Source of the DNA: the human T2T-CHM13v2.0 reference genome, Homo sapiens
Assembly (NCBI RefSeq): GCF_009914755.1
Contig: NC_060932.1
Strand: one strand, 5' to 3'
DNA length: 64,000 bases
Below the pieces are notes generated by a model. It did not search any database. It saw nothing but the letters and a program-made list of their open reading frames with translations, and was not told the origin of the DNA. The position numbers and the translations under genes were made by a program. Numbering within the stretch: the first letter of the stretch is position 1; the number at the start of each line of letters is the position of its first letter. Shown here in pieces: positions 35,252 to 51,550 of this stretch.

Positions 35252-35703
35252 AATGTTTTAGAAACTGTTAAAGCTGTGTTAAGCTTTCAGGTTGCAGGGA
35301 CCAGCATAAACCTCAGTAACTTTAGTTGATAAAGGTTTATCTTAAAGATGAATAGAGAAATAAAGAACAGGAAACCATCTCAACAGCTCTATAGCCTGGA
35401 CTGAGGGAGAACTCAGCAGCAGGTGGAGAGCGCCAGCAGCGTGGAGTGGCCTATATCACCATCTTCCTGCCCACCCCCGCCTCTGCCAGCGGGACCCCCT
35501 CTTTGTCAGGGACCCCACCGGACTTGTAACATCTCATCTCTGCCCAGCTCCTTCTGCCCTCTGCCTGCTTCTTCTGGCAGCACCGACTGCTCTTCCTCCC
35601 TCCCTCCACTTCCTAGCTCCAGAGTGGGGCTGCTTGTGACTTCCTGAACCTTACTCTCTAAAAGGAGGGTAGAAATACTTGATATGACGATTCAGTAAGA
35701 TCA

Positions 35704-36069
<366 letters not shown>

Positions 36070-36619
36070 TTATTTTTTCTGGGGCCACGAAGCATAATCT
36101 TATGGTTTATCAAATATTTTCAGCAAAGTGCTCTCTTGCCCAATAAGCAAAGTTCTAAAATGATCTCCTGGCATTATACACGGCATTGGTTTCCCAAGAG
36201 TATTTTTCTCAGCCTAGTTTTCCATACGTTTTTAGGTGACTGCAAACATATGCCTGCATGGGCCAAGCTGGTGTGTGTTTTTTGACAACAGGAATCCCAG
36301 GATATAGAATATGTAGAGTGTGATGGGAACTTTGGTAGACTAGAATTGCCTGCTCACCGGAAAGCATTGAAATTCTAAAATTCTGTGGTTCTGCCACCCA
36401 GAAACAGCTGTCTATTGCAGTTTTTTACCTCTATTTCAGGTCCTCTTTGACTAGGATTTATACCTAGTCAGGTCTCTTTTGCAGCTACACACGCCACATA
36501 CGCATACAAAACCCTCTTTTTTATATATAGAACTGCAGTAGTTAATTTTTGAAAAAAGTTCCTGTTCATTCAGTGAAAGTGCACTATGAATGCTCTCACC
36601 CAAATGAAGTTCTTTTTAT

Positions 36620-37230
36620 CACATGCTTCCAGTTGTCTCTGAGCCTACGTTTCTCCAGTAATCTTGATGCAATCACTGCCTTAGCACGTTTCAGATACTT
36701 GGTTGAATCCCCTCAGTCATATGTGCTTGGTTGACATTGCAAAGGTTATCACATTTAATGAAATATGTGAAAGACATTTCTGATTATTTCTTCCTGCTTC
36801 TTGACATTATATCTTCAATCTTCAATTTCTTTATAATGTGAATTCTCTGGAATTGAATAGGGGCTGAACTTGGCTAAAATTCCTTGCTACATTCAAAAAG
36901 TTTCTCTCCATTACTCCCTTGAGTTTGTTAAAGAAGAGCGGTCCCTATAGGCCTTTTCATATTTATTACATCCATAAAGTTTCTCTCTGGTGTGAATTCT
37001 GCAATGTTGGCTAAATGTTGGGCTTCAGCTAAATCACTCTCCACATTGGGCTACATTTGGAAAGTTATTTTCCAATATGAATTCAGTGGTGCTAAATAAG
37101 TTATTAAGTTGGTTAGGGGCCTTTTCAAATTTATTTACATTCATAGAGTTTTTCTCTAGTATGAATTCTCCCAGGTTGAGCAAGATTTCGGCATTTGTAA
37201 AGGTCTTTCCACAGTCATTGCATGTGGGTC
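36620..37230 (-). pseudogene. Degenerate C2H2 zinc-finger array fragment (KRAB-ZNF type)
   Basis: Minus-strand translations CNDCGKTF, RIHTREKLYEC, QHCRIHTREKLYGCNKYEKAY; RTGAATTC motif recurs at 37161, 37077 and 36992 (84-85 nt period). Confidence 0.8.
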
Positions 37231-37324
37231 GTTAACAGCAGTTGACTGCAAGGACTGCATAAGGCTTAATTTATTAATATGGGTGTGCTTATCTGAGAGT
37301 CTGGATTTAATGTTTAATCTCATT

Positions 37325-38142
37325 GTATCAGTCTGGGTCCAGTCAGGAAGCAAACTACACAGTTGTTTGGATAAGGAAAGTTTAATGTAAAGACTAAACT
37401 ATGATGGGAGCAACTATGAAGACGTAAAGAGAACTCTACAGGGTATGTAGGACTGAGGAGAGTACTCAAGGAAGGACAGACTTGGAAGGGAGGCTCCTCC
37501 CTCCCCCAGGCTTAGGTCAGACCTGGTCAAAGAAGGTGTGGTTGCAGACCACTGGATACTGGGGAGGGTCTCAGAGTTGGCCAGGCCAGGGGTAGTCCAT
37601 GTCCCCAGGCAGCAGGAAACAAATCTGGGCACAGAAAATCCAAGGCTGGTAAAAATGCACAGGGAGGCAGGGCATAAGGACCCCGCTTGTCAGGGTAGTG
37701 TGCAGGCTGGCCATATCCAGAGAGCCACAAGAAACCACCCTCAGGCACAGGCAAACAGGCCAGCAGGCAGGTGCTCAGAGTGCATCAGGGTGGTACTGCT
37801 GGCATGAGACCCGGAACATGCCAGTGTCCATGCTGGGAAGACTATAGTGACATGGTCATTGGGCTAGGACTGTGAAGTCATAAGGCAATTGTGCACACTA
37901 GGCACATGGTTGGGGCAGAGCACGACTAGATGTCCCCCATGCACACGCACCACTGGTGGGCCGTGAAGCAAGAGCAAGAGTAAGCCAAACAGCACATTGG
38001 AGCAAGGAAGAGAAGCCTTGTTTCTCCTGCAGTGTCCTTCCAGCACCCTCTATTGACAGCTCAGCATCATGCGCATTGTAAGGAGAAATACCTCAAGAGC
38101 CCAGCCCATCACTGCAGACCTGAGATGATTGATAACTGCCAC
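37325..38142 (-). mobile_element. ERVL-class solo LTR (LTR41/LTR52-like)
   Basis: Reverse complement begins gtggcagttatcaat and contains caatagagggtgctgg; the other end is tgtatcagtctgggtccagtcagga. Confidence 0.6.
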
Positions 38143-38149
38143 GCTCATA

Positions 38150-39810
<1,661 letters not shown>

Positions 39811-40093
39811 TGCATGAGCTCCCTGACACCCCTCTCCCAGACCCTATCATGACCTGCATTTCCGGATAGGTTCAGTGCCCACCGCTGGCCTCTCTCATCA
39901 ATGCTGCCTACCCATCCCGCAGCTCCCTCGCCGGCCCACACCGTGTTCCCAGCCACTCCTCTGTTGCCTCCATTAGACGGCCTTGAACTCGGCCGCGCTC
40001 GCAGCGCCGTCCTGGACTGTGACCACCCGGACTCCTACCCTAACCCAGAGCTGTGCGCGACACCCCCTCCTCCCCCCCGCGACGGCCAGTGCC

Positions 40094-40125
40094 CAAGGGC
40101 AAGGGCAAGGGCAAGGGCGAGGGCA
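40094..40125. repeat. (CAAGGG)n hexamer repeat
   Basis: caagggcaagggcaagggcaagggcgagggca. Confidence 0.85.
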
Positions 40126-40347
40126 GGTCGAGCAGTCGGGGACTGCTCCAGGCCCTTACACGTGCTCTTTCCTGGACACTCGGGCCGCAGTGCGAGGGTG
40201 GTCTTGGCGGGGGTACTTATCAGGTTCACCTGGTCCCAGGACACTCGTCGCAGATATGTCTTTTCCCCTTGTTGTCACCCCCGGACTTTGACAAGCAAAC
40301 AACGCTTCTTTCCGGCGGGGTTGTACGGACAGCAAACAAAATTATTG

Positions 40348-40420
40348 TGCCCCGTGTGAGGATCGAACTCACGACCTTCAGATTATGAGACTGACGCGCT
40401 ACCTACTGCGCTAACGAGGC
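40348..40420 (-). tRNA. TRM-CAT1-1: tRNA-Met(CAT), elongator, 73 nt, no intron
   Basis: Reverse complement GCCTCGTTAGCGCAGTAGGTAGCGCGTCAGTCTCATAATCTGAAGGTCGTGAGTTCGATCCTCACACGGGGCA; A and B boxes, TTCGA T-loop, CAT anticodon; T4 terminator at 40341-40338. Locus number is from recall. Confidence 0.97.
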
Positions 40421-40826
40421 ACCTAGTAAGGATTTCCGGACGGATCATTCTGAGGCTATACAGCTGGTCTGCTGCGCATGCCCACTTTTACTTTTACTGC
40501 TGCTGTAAATCCCGTCCAGAATACTCGGAATTCTAGTTCCGCTGCGTCCTGCCCCTGTCCCGTTTGTCAATTAACAAACACTGTGGCTGGCTTGTCAATG
40601 CCTCACTGGGTAGCGACGACACGGAGAAGGGGGATTTTTCCTCCTATTGTTGTGAACCGTTATTTTTGTGTAGTGCGTACAAACCGTTTGCACACTCGTG
40701 AACGCATGAAACACTTATCAGGCACCCACTGTGTTCCCGGCCCTGTGCTGGGTGCTGCGTTCACAGGAACAAACCCAGGGTCAAGGAGTTGGGCGAAGAT
40801 GCATAACGATTGGAAAACACACACGG

Positions 40827-40829
40827 GCG

Positions 40830-40862
<33 letters not shown>
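40827..40862. repeat. (GC)n(AC)n microsatellite
   Basis: gcgcgcgcgcgc followed by an (ac)n run. Confidence 0.92.
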
Positions 40863-42387
40863 CCGCTGTTACGGCCCCCACTGCAGACCCCAGATCCCGC
40901 CAGTCCCCGGACTCCTCCCGGCGCCCCAGGTTTCCACGGCCGCCTGCAGCTCCTCGGCTGAGGCTGCGCTTCGTAGGGGCTGCCGGGCTCCGGGACGCAG
41001 TCCTGCAGTCTTTTTCTGACTGCAGGACTGACTGCAAGACTTTCTGACTGCAAGACTGCAGGACTGCAGTCTTTTTCACCACCATTCCTGTGGCCAGTGC
41101 CCTGTTGCACACTTGAGCTGCTTCTGATTTTTTCTTCCTTTTTTTTTTTTTTTTTTGCTGTTCAAACAGGACTTCAGGAATAACCGTGGAAGCGGTGAGT
41201 TAATGTGTTAACTGGGAAGCCCGCTCTCCTTTCCCTTTCACTCCCCTCCCCTTCCTCCCAGCCCTTTATATAAGCTCATTTACCTACATTATTGCTAAAG
41301 GAAACTGCGTGCCCCTATCATAAATGGAAAACAGGTAAGGGTTTTTCCCTAACACATGTTCAGATAAATACATACATAACTATTATAATAAAAAAAAAGA
41401 CTCTTCCACTTACTGTCTAAAATCAGCCAGACAGTGGCACATTGAGGATTTGTACTTTTCGCCGTATGTACATTTATACGGCGTTTATACGGTACATTTA
41501 TAAAAGGAAATTGAGACAGAACTCTGGGCAAGGCCAGGCGTGGGGACCCCTGGGGAGAGTGTGTGGACGCCCGCGGGTCTGGGTGCCTCCCAGGGAAAGG
41601 ACGAGTGATGGACAGACCGACGGAAGGACAGGGAGTGGGGAGAGGTTCGTGTGGACCTAGGTGGGTGTGCGGATATTCACGGCACAACTCTGTCAACTTT
41701 TCTATTTGTCTGAAGTTTTTCCTTAGAAAATATTGGGGGTGGAATTTTGTTAATCACCTAGAATTTGAGAGATACGGCGGGGTGTTAAGGGGGCAAAAGG
41801 CAGTATGAGTACAAGCAGGTAGGGACATACCATCTTGACAGCAGGCACCACAATTGCTGAGGATAGGCGAAGAGGAATCTCGGAGTGGATGGGGGTGGGG
41901 CCTGCTCCACCTCCCAGTGGGAGAAGGACTGGGAGCTGCCGGGCGGGTGGCCGAGGGGCGAGGAAGGAGGAGTTGGAGGTGGGGCAGGCTGCCGGGACCC
42001 CAGACCCGGAGACTGACACCCAGTCCTCGGGAAGCTCCTGGATCCCACGGTCTAGGGTGGGAAGCCCAGGACCTCTGCCAGCCTCGGGAAGCGCGCATCC
42101 ACACGCACCGGCGGGAATCCGACCCAGGGGGCTTACTCCCTGGTAAGGTTGCTGGGGCATCCCCTGCGGACTGCGGACTGGGAGTGTCACCTAGATCCAG
42201 CTGTTTCTCCCAGATCTGCAGGCCCGAGGAGATGCTGATTAACATGCAGATTAAATCCCAACGGTCCTGTCTACCACAATTACAAACAGCCCCACTTTCG
42301 GGTGTAGCAGTCCCAGGACTGGCAAGCTACCCAACATATTAACTCACCACTTCCACGGTTATTCCCTGAAGTCGTATTTGAACAGGG

Positions 42388-42418
<31 letters not shown>

Positions 42419-42628
42419 AAGGAAACAACCCAAGTGTACAACAGGGAACTGACTGGTCACAGGCATAATGGTCTGTCCAGGCTGTAAACAAGAAAAAGGG
42501 ATGCTGTATGTTGTGACATGAAATGAGCGAAGAACACAACTGCAGAACTAACAAGAGTATGAGACTATTTCTGTAGAAAGGGGTAGATGTTTATATTTGC
42601 TAGTATTTGCACACAGAAAGCTAAGATT

Positions 42629-42922
<294 letters not shown>

Positions 42923-43518
42923 GCTAAGATCAATGATTAATACGCTGAGGGGTGGCAACTGTATGGTTGGAGGTAGGGGTGAGAGGAAGACTCTTTTTAA
43001 AAAAAATACACTTTATTTTCTAAACAGTTTTAGCGTCACAGAAAAATTGCAAAGATAATAAGAGTCTCCATAAAGCCTGCACCCATGTTCACATATTATT
43101 AGCATTGGTCGTTGGTATGGGTTGTTTGTTACAAGTAATGAACCGGTGTTGATGCTTTAACTAAAGTCCATCTTGACTCAGATTTCCTTAGTTTTCACCA
43201 GGTGTCCGTTTTTCTGCTCCAGGACCTCATCCATGACACATTACATTTAATGGTCCTGTCTCCTTAGGCTCTTCTTGGCTGTGACAATTTCTCAGATTCT
43301 TCCTGGGTTTTGATGACTTTGACAGTTCTGAGGAGTACTAGTCGGGTATTTTGTAGAATGCCCCTCAATTTTAACATTTGGCTGACAGTTTTTCTGGGAT
43401 GAAGACTTTTCACTGTATACCTTTGAACAGGTTTTTTAAAAACATACTTGAACTATGTTAATCTATAAGCTATTTAAATGTTGACGTACCTTAATTTAAA
43501 AGGCGAACTGTAGGAATT

Positions 43519-43647
43519 AGAAGAAAAGGGAGGAGAGGAGGGGAGGAAGAGGGAGGAGGGAGAGGAAGAAGGGAAGTTGGGGAGGAGAAGGAGAAAGAGA
43601 GAGAGAAAGGGGGCAGGGGAGCAGGAGGAGCAGGAGGAGGAGGAGGC
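43519..43647. repeat. GA-rich low-complexity polypurine tract
   Basis: Nearly pure A/G with GGA repeats. Confidence 0.85.
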
Positions 43648-44530
43648 TACCTGGAGGGGCTGGGCTGATCCTGCCTTGGGCCCACTCTCCCGGCGACCTC
43701 CCGGCTCCCAGACCTGGCTGAGCCCGGCGGCCGCCAGGGGACGCTGTGCCCAGGGGTTGCCGCCGCTGCCCCGCAGGTTTCGGCTTTTTCCAAATTAGCC
43801 TAGGGACACACCGCGCCACTAGCCGGTACAGGGTACCAGGCCCGATCCCCACGCCAAGGTGGCCCCATCACCCAGACCTGCCCAGGGAAGGGAGGTAGAA
43901 CAGGAGTTGGGGGTGGGGGCGGTGCAGATATTTCGCTCCGTAAAGTGTCTCCAGCTTTTAAAGATGTATGTCCCCAATTTTCCAAGACCTTCTGAGCCTT
44001 CGAGTGGAATGAAACTCGAACGGCTTCCCAGCTGCGGCGATGAGGTCCCGCTCCTGCAGAATCCCGGCAGGAGCGGAGACTCGGGAGGGGACCGCTGGCT
44101 GCAGGCGCCCTGCTGGAGTCCGGAACGAGGGTGGTCAGGGTCGCCTCCCCACGGGGTCGCAGATGAGGGAGTGGGGCCGCGCAGGGAGGCTCCTGCAGGC
44201 CGTGACCCCCAGGCCTGGCCCGTAGAGAGTGACTGATGGCGAGGACCCGCTGGGGACCCGAGGGCCTCAGCCTGCGCCTGCGCCGGGGCTCCCCGACCAA
44301 GACCTTCCGGCCCCCAGGCCTTTGCACCGGCAGCTCTAGGCCTGATGTGTCCTGCCCTCAGGCCCCTCTGTAGAGACGGGGATGTCTTCCTTGCCCTACG
44401 TCAGCCGGGTCGGAGGTCACCTACCCCCGCGAAAACCTGATCCCCATTGCCTTCATCTGCCTCCTTCTCCCACCCTCCTCCCCAGGCTGAACGCGCTCCT
44501 TCCTCCCAGCTAAGCGCCTTGCCGGCGGTG
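43620..44530. promoter_or_regulatory. CpG island with no associated coding exon
   Basis: High GC and many CpG (NotI site GCGGCCGC at ~43727); preceded by a polypurine tract. Confidence 0.75.
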
Positions 44531-44821
44531 GCTGATTTACTTCCACTCCTAGAGCAACCCGAAGGGCTCAGTGCTTCAATTGCCCCTCACTTACGAAAGC
44601 GAAACTCAAACTCAAGGTCAGGCGACCTGACCAAGTTCAAACGATCACCGCCCCCCTTCTCAGCAGTTTCCAAATCCTTTTCCTCACTTGCATTCCCTAA
44701 AATAATGTTGAAAAACTTCTGGGCATCTCCTCTCATAATGTTAAGTTGATATCAAAACAGTTTCATTATAAACAATTGCAAAAGACGTAATTACCAGTGT
44801 ATGTAAATGGTGATTTTTTTA

Positions 44822-45216
<395 letters not shown>

Positions 45217-45932
45217 CTATTTTGAATATATATAAATATGTCTCCCAACATTTGGAAAGTTTACATTTAACTGCCTCCTTGAACTCATTTCCATTCTACT
45301 TCCCCCCACAGAATACTATCCCCCTACAGTACATATTTTATGTTTGAATGCGTTCATTGATCACCTAGCATGCCTCTGAGCAACAAAAAATAGAGTTTAT
45401 TAGAAGCCCATTTTACAGAGTGGAAAGTGTATCTGTGTGTGTGTGTGTGTATGTGTGTGTGTTCTGGGAGGCGGGCTCCTGGCTGACTGAGCAGGGTAAC
45501 TTAATGGAAACCTGTTGAGAGTGATTCCTTTTCCCTTGCGGCAAATGGACCCAGGCAGGGAGACCCCCAGCACACCCAGGCAACCATCCAGGCCCAGGTG
45601 ATGAAAACACATCCTGGCAGGTGGTTACAGAGAGCTAAAGGAGGGAGCCATGTGGAGGCACATTCCACAGACACAGGACTTGGGTCTGGCTGTCAAGAGA
45701 AGCCAAGTCACTCCAAACAGGGATGAGCAATGTCCAGAAACATTCCAGTGCCACCGCCGGGGAGGAAAGCAGGAAAGAGGGGCCTGTTTGGATGAATGCA
45801 ATAAATTCTGGTTTTGCTTATTTTCAATTGCACGAATAATATGTACTAATTATAAAATATACGCATACAGCCATGCTGTATTAGTCAGCTCTTACTGTGC
45901 TAATGCCGCTTAACAAACCACCCAAAACGTAA

Positions 45933-46348
<416 letters not shown>

Positions 46349-46493
46349 TTTTATTTTTTAAACAGCTTTACTGACATATAATTCACATACCATATAATTC
46401 ACCTATTTTAAGTGTACAAGTAAATGAGTTTGGTTATCCTATTTTTTTTAAATTGTGGTAAATATATGTAACACAAACTTTATCACTTTAACC

Positions 46494-46797
<304 letters not shown>

Positions 46798-47570
46798 CAT
46801 TTTAACCATTTTTAAAAATTTTTTATTTCAATACCTTTGGGGGGTACAGGTGGTTTTTGGTTACATGGATAAGTTCTTTAGTGGTGATTTCTGAGATTTT
46901 GGTGCATCCGTCACCCGAAGGAGTGTACCCAAAGTGTAGTCTTTTATCCTTCACCATTTTAACCATTTTTAAAGTTTATAATTCAGTGACACTAAGTACA
47001 TTCATAGCATTGTGAAACCATTGCTACTTTCTAGCTCCAAAACTTTTTCATCACCCCAGACAGAAACTCTGTGCTCATTAAGCAATAATTCCTCATTCCT
47101 CCTCCCTTAGTGCCTGGTAACCTCTAATCTATTTTCCATCTCTATGTATGTATTCTAGATATTTTATATAAGTAGGAGCTTGCCATATTTGTCTTTTTGT
47201 GTCTGACTTGTTTCACTCAGCTTCAGGTAAGCACGTCTTTTTCTTGCTCATGAATCTGTGTATCAGCTGGGTTCAGCTCCAGGCTGAGCCTGGGTTCAGT
47301 CTGCTCTTCAAGTCTTCGCATTCTCCTTGGACCAGCCATTCACTAAGGTATATTCTTCTGAAAGAGTCACAACAGCCCAAGGGACAAAGCCATGCCAAGG
47401 AGGCACATTTAAGGCCCCTGCTCTGGGTATATACATCAAAACTCCCTTGGCCCAAGCAAGTCACATGGCCAAGTTCAACATTACTGGGGCAGGGAAAAAT
47501 ACTCAGCTTACTGTGGCAGAGGGTGCAGAGTCTCAGGCCAAAGGAAAGGAAAAAGAATGAAGAATAATCC

Positions 47571-48032
<462 letters not shown>

Positions 48033-48853
48033 TTACTGTTCTGTGACATTTTCCACTTAACAGTAAGCTGGACCTCTTTCCTTGCCAATACATAGATATC
48101 TTCCCTGTTCTTAGTAACTGCAGTAGTGTCTCTGAGGAGAGGAGATCTGGATACAGATACACACAGAGAGAAGATGATAAGGAGACCCAGGAGGAAGGCG
48201 GCCATCTACAAGCCAAGGAGAGAGAATGCAGAAGAAACCAATCCTGTCAACACCTTCAACCTAGCCTCCAGCATTGTGCAGGAATAAATTTCTGTTGTTT
48301 AAGCCACCCAGGCTGTAGCATTTTTGTTATGTTAGCCCTAGCAGCCCTAGGTCTTCTAATTCTAGAACATCTCATTCTTCCCAATTAGTAACAAATACTA
48401 AGTGAACATCTTATGCATGTATTTGATAACAAATGTCTACGGAGCTTGTGGACAGCCAAAAAATCTGTGCTGTCCTAGATTCGGCAGGTTTGCTCTTTCA
48501 CCCCAGGGAACCCAGAATAATTTTCCGTCTCCCTGAGGGTGAGGACCGGAAGCCCCGAGAATGGCCTAAGCCGAGCCAGGGCATTCACAGGCATCAGGAG
48601 CTGGGGCTTCGCTTTTCACTCCCGGCCTCTTCCTGCACTTCCATCCCACCCCGCCACAGGTCACTGTCTCCATCTGCTTGGCAGGGGTCACAGCTGGACT
48701 GTGGGCTGCATCTGGCCTGGCCACAGCCACAGCCTGGCTTTCTTGAAACAGTTCTCTGCAGGGGCTGCTCCAGCTGGAGGGACGTCAGGGTGAGTTGGCT
48801 CCAGAATCTATGCACACCGTGACTCCCCTCTCCTTTCCAGTTCTCTCTGCTTA

Positions 48854-49195
<342 letters not shown>

Positions 49196-51122
49196 ATACA
49201 GAGGGAGTCGGGGGCTGGGTGAGGGGAAGGATTATCAGGGCCGGGAGGGGGCTGGGGAGGAAGGGCCTGTGGTGGGTTTCAGTTCTCCTGTGGAGCTTTG
49301 GGAAGCAGCGAAGGTTTCCCGGGTCTGGCCTTTTCCCCGTAGGCCTTGGTGACATGGCAGGACTTGGCGGTAAGCCCAAGTGTCTCAGCTCCTCATTCTG
49401 GCTGTGACAAGCCAGCTGGGCAAGCTGAGGGAGGCCCAGGGAGCCTGGATGTACAGAGCAGGGAGCAGGGTTTTCTCCAGACGTGCCCTGCAGGAAGCAG
49501 CCAGCAGTTCTTTTGCCATCTGTGCAGGGGAGCGGAAGGCCATGGTCCTCCCAGCTCAACTTCCTACTCAACAAGTGGCCGGCGAGGTGTGAGTCAGCCT
49601 GTTGTTGCTGGACGGGTCTGAGAGCCATCGCTCTGCGTGGTGCTGACAGAGGACCCAGAAGAAGAAGGAAGGCCTCGCCCCTGCAGGCCCAGATGCTCCC
49701 AGAGGGGCTCCATTGTCCCCACACTGTGGCCAGAGGGAGCCGTCATAAAAGCTAACGTGTCCTGCTGAACAGCCTCGGAAGCTCCCGCTGACCATGACAT
49801 CGAAGCCAGGGTGCCCACGTGCCCTTGCGGGCTCACCTCCCAGCCCATCTCTTCCCACTCCTCCCCCACCCCATACCCCACGGAATCCCCATTCCCTCCA
49901 CCCCACCCACCCGGCTGATGACTGTCCTGCTGCTCTCCTCTGTGGCCACAGAGAGGCCTCCTGAGCTGGCTCCCTGCTGCTCACCCTCCCAGCCCTGTAC
50001 TCCCCAGACCTTAGCCTCATCACCGTGCGGTGCCATGATTTCTCAGTTACTGCCGTTCCCACCGGATCACAAGCACCAGGCACACAGCAGGGGCCATGCG
50101 GTACCCACTGTGCAGAGCCCATGGTGGGCCCTCGAGCATTTGTGTGTTTGATGACTGCATGCAACATTTTCCACCCTGCACTGTAATGGCTCAGCTTTTC
50201 TTGAGGGCAGGGACTGTTGTTGATTCATTTCTGCATCCCCAGGTTTTAGTCTGATCAGACTTATTTTCTAGTTCCAAAGGCGTGCAGGCTCTGATTTCTG
50301 TAACTGAGTAAACCTTTCCATGGACTGGCCCAGAGTGGGCTCTAAGGCCATTGCCCTCTCTCAGTATACTTGGTGGGGAGACAGCGAGGCCCCCTAGCCA
50401 GAGGAGAGGAAAGAGTGACAGGACTCACCTCACAGGGCCCTTCTGACACCTTCTGACTCACCTACTGACAGATGAGATAAGTCGGAGTGGGTGTGTTCCC
50501 AGCAGCCCTGGGGCCCCAAGGAACTGTGGGCCTGCTCCTTCCAAGTTCAGGCCTAGAACAACACAGTGGTTCTGCCCACAGTTCCAACAGGTATAACAGC
50601 AACGGGGTAATAGTATGTGTCCCCATCACCCCAGGCCAGAGCCATGAGGACACAGAGCCATGAGGCCCCCTCCTTCACAAGGCTACTGGGTCTCATGGTT
50701 CTTATCTCCAGGAGCCAGGCACACAGGGACTGGGCTGTCTGAGTACCAAGCCTTTGAAATCATATCACGAAAATCTATCCCTGAGCCTATATCTCAAACA
50801 TAGCGTTTGTGCCTGAAATTGCACAATTGGATTGTGGCAGTTGCATCATCTGGCTCATAGTTTAAGGCTTAGAGGTTTCACTACTTTAGATGACAGCTCG
50901 ATGGCCCAAGGGAGAAAGTCTGATTACAAAGTGGCATTTACTGGGAGGTCCAGGCCCCCAAAAGGGATTGATCTGGGGGTCCCAGAACCAGGACTCCAGC
51001 AACCCCCACATACATACACAGTAGGCACTCACTGAGTGTGGAATGAATGCATGATATAAGTTTATAAGTGAATGCATGATATAAGTCCATCGGCCTTTTA
51101 ATATTCAAACATCTGCCCCCAC

Positions 51123-51124
<2 letters not shown>

Positions 51125-51199
<75 letters not shown>
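51125..51199. repeat. (CA)n(GA)n compound microsatellite
   Basis: Read directly from the sequence. Confidence 0.95.
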
Positions 51200-51200
<1 letters not shown>

Positions 51201-51311
51201 AGGTCTTTGCTTATTGAAGGGAAGCAGGGAATTGGTCACAGTGAGTTGATTCATCCTTACAATTTGCAAGTGACTAGAGCCAAAGAGGGGTGTAAACCAG
51301 AATCTTCTAGA

Positions 51312-51550
51312 GCAAGCTTGTCCAACCCGTGGCCTGAGGACTGCATGCAGCCCAGGACAGCTTTGAATGCTGCCCAACACAAATTCATAAACTTTATTAA
51401 AACATTATGAGATTTATGCACGGACCCTTTTTTTTTTTTCTTTTTTTAGCTCATCAGCTATTGTTAGTGTCAGTGTATTTTATGTGTGTCCCAAGACAAT
51501 TCTCCTTCTTCCAATGTGGCCCAGGGCAGCCAAAAGATTGGACACCCCTG
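51312..51550 (+). mobile_element. MER30 hAT DNA transposon
   Basis: gcttgtccaacccgtggcc...ggacagctttgaatg...gccaaaagattggacacccctg; 8-bp TSD-like ttctagag/ttatagaa. Confidence 0.85.

Larger units (their letters stand above)
39900..41060. promoter_or_regulatory. CpG island around the tRNA-Met gene
   Basis: Dense CpG and high GC; ETS-like TTTCCGG (40433) and NRF1-like TGCGCATGC (40473) upstream of the tRNA. Confidence 0.75.
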
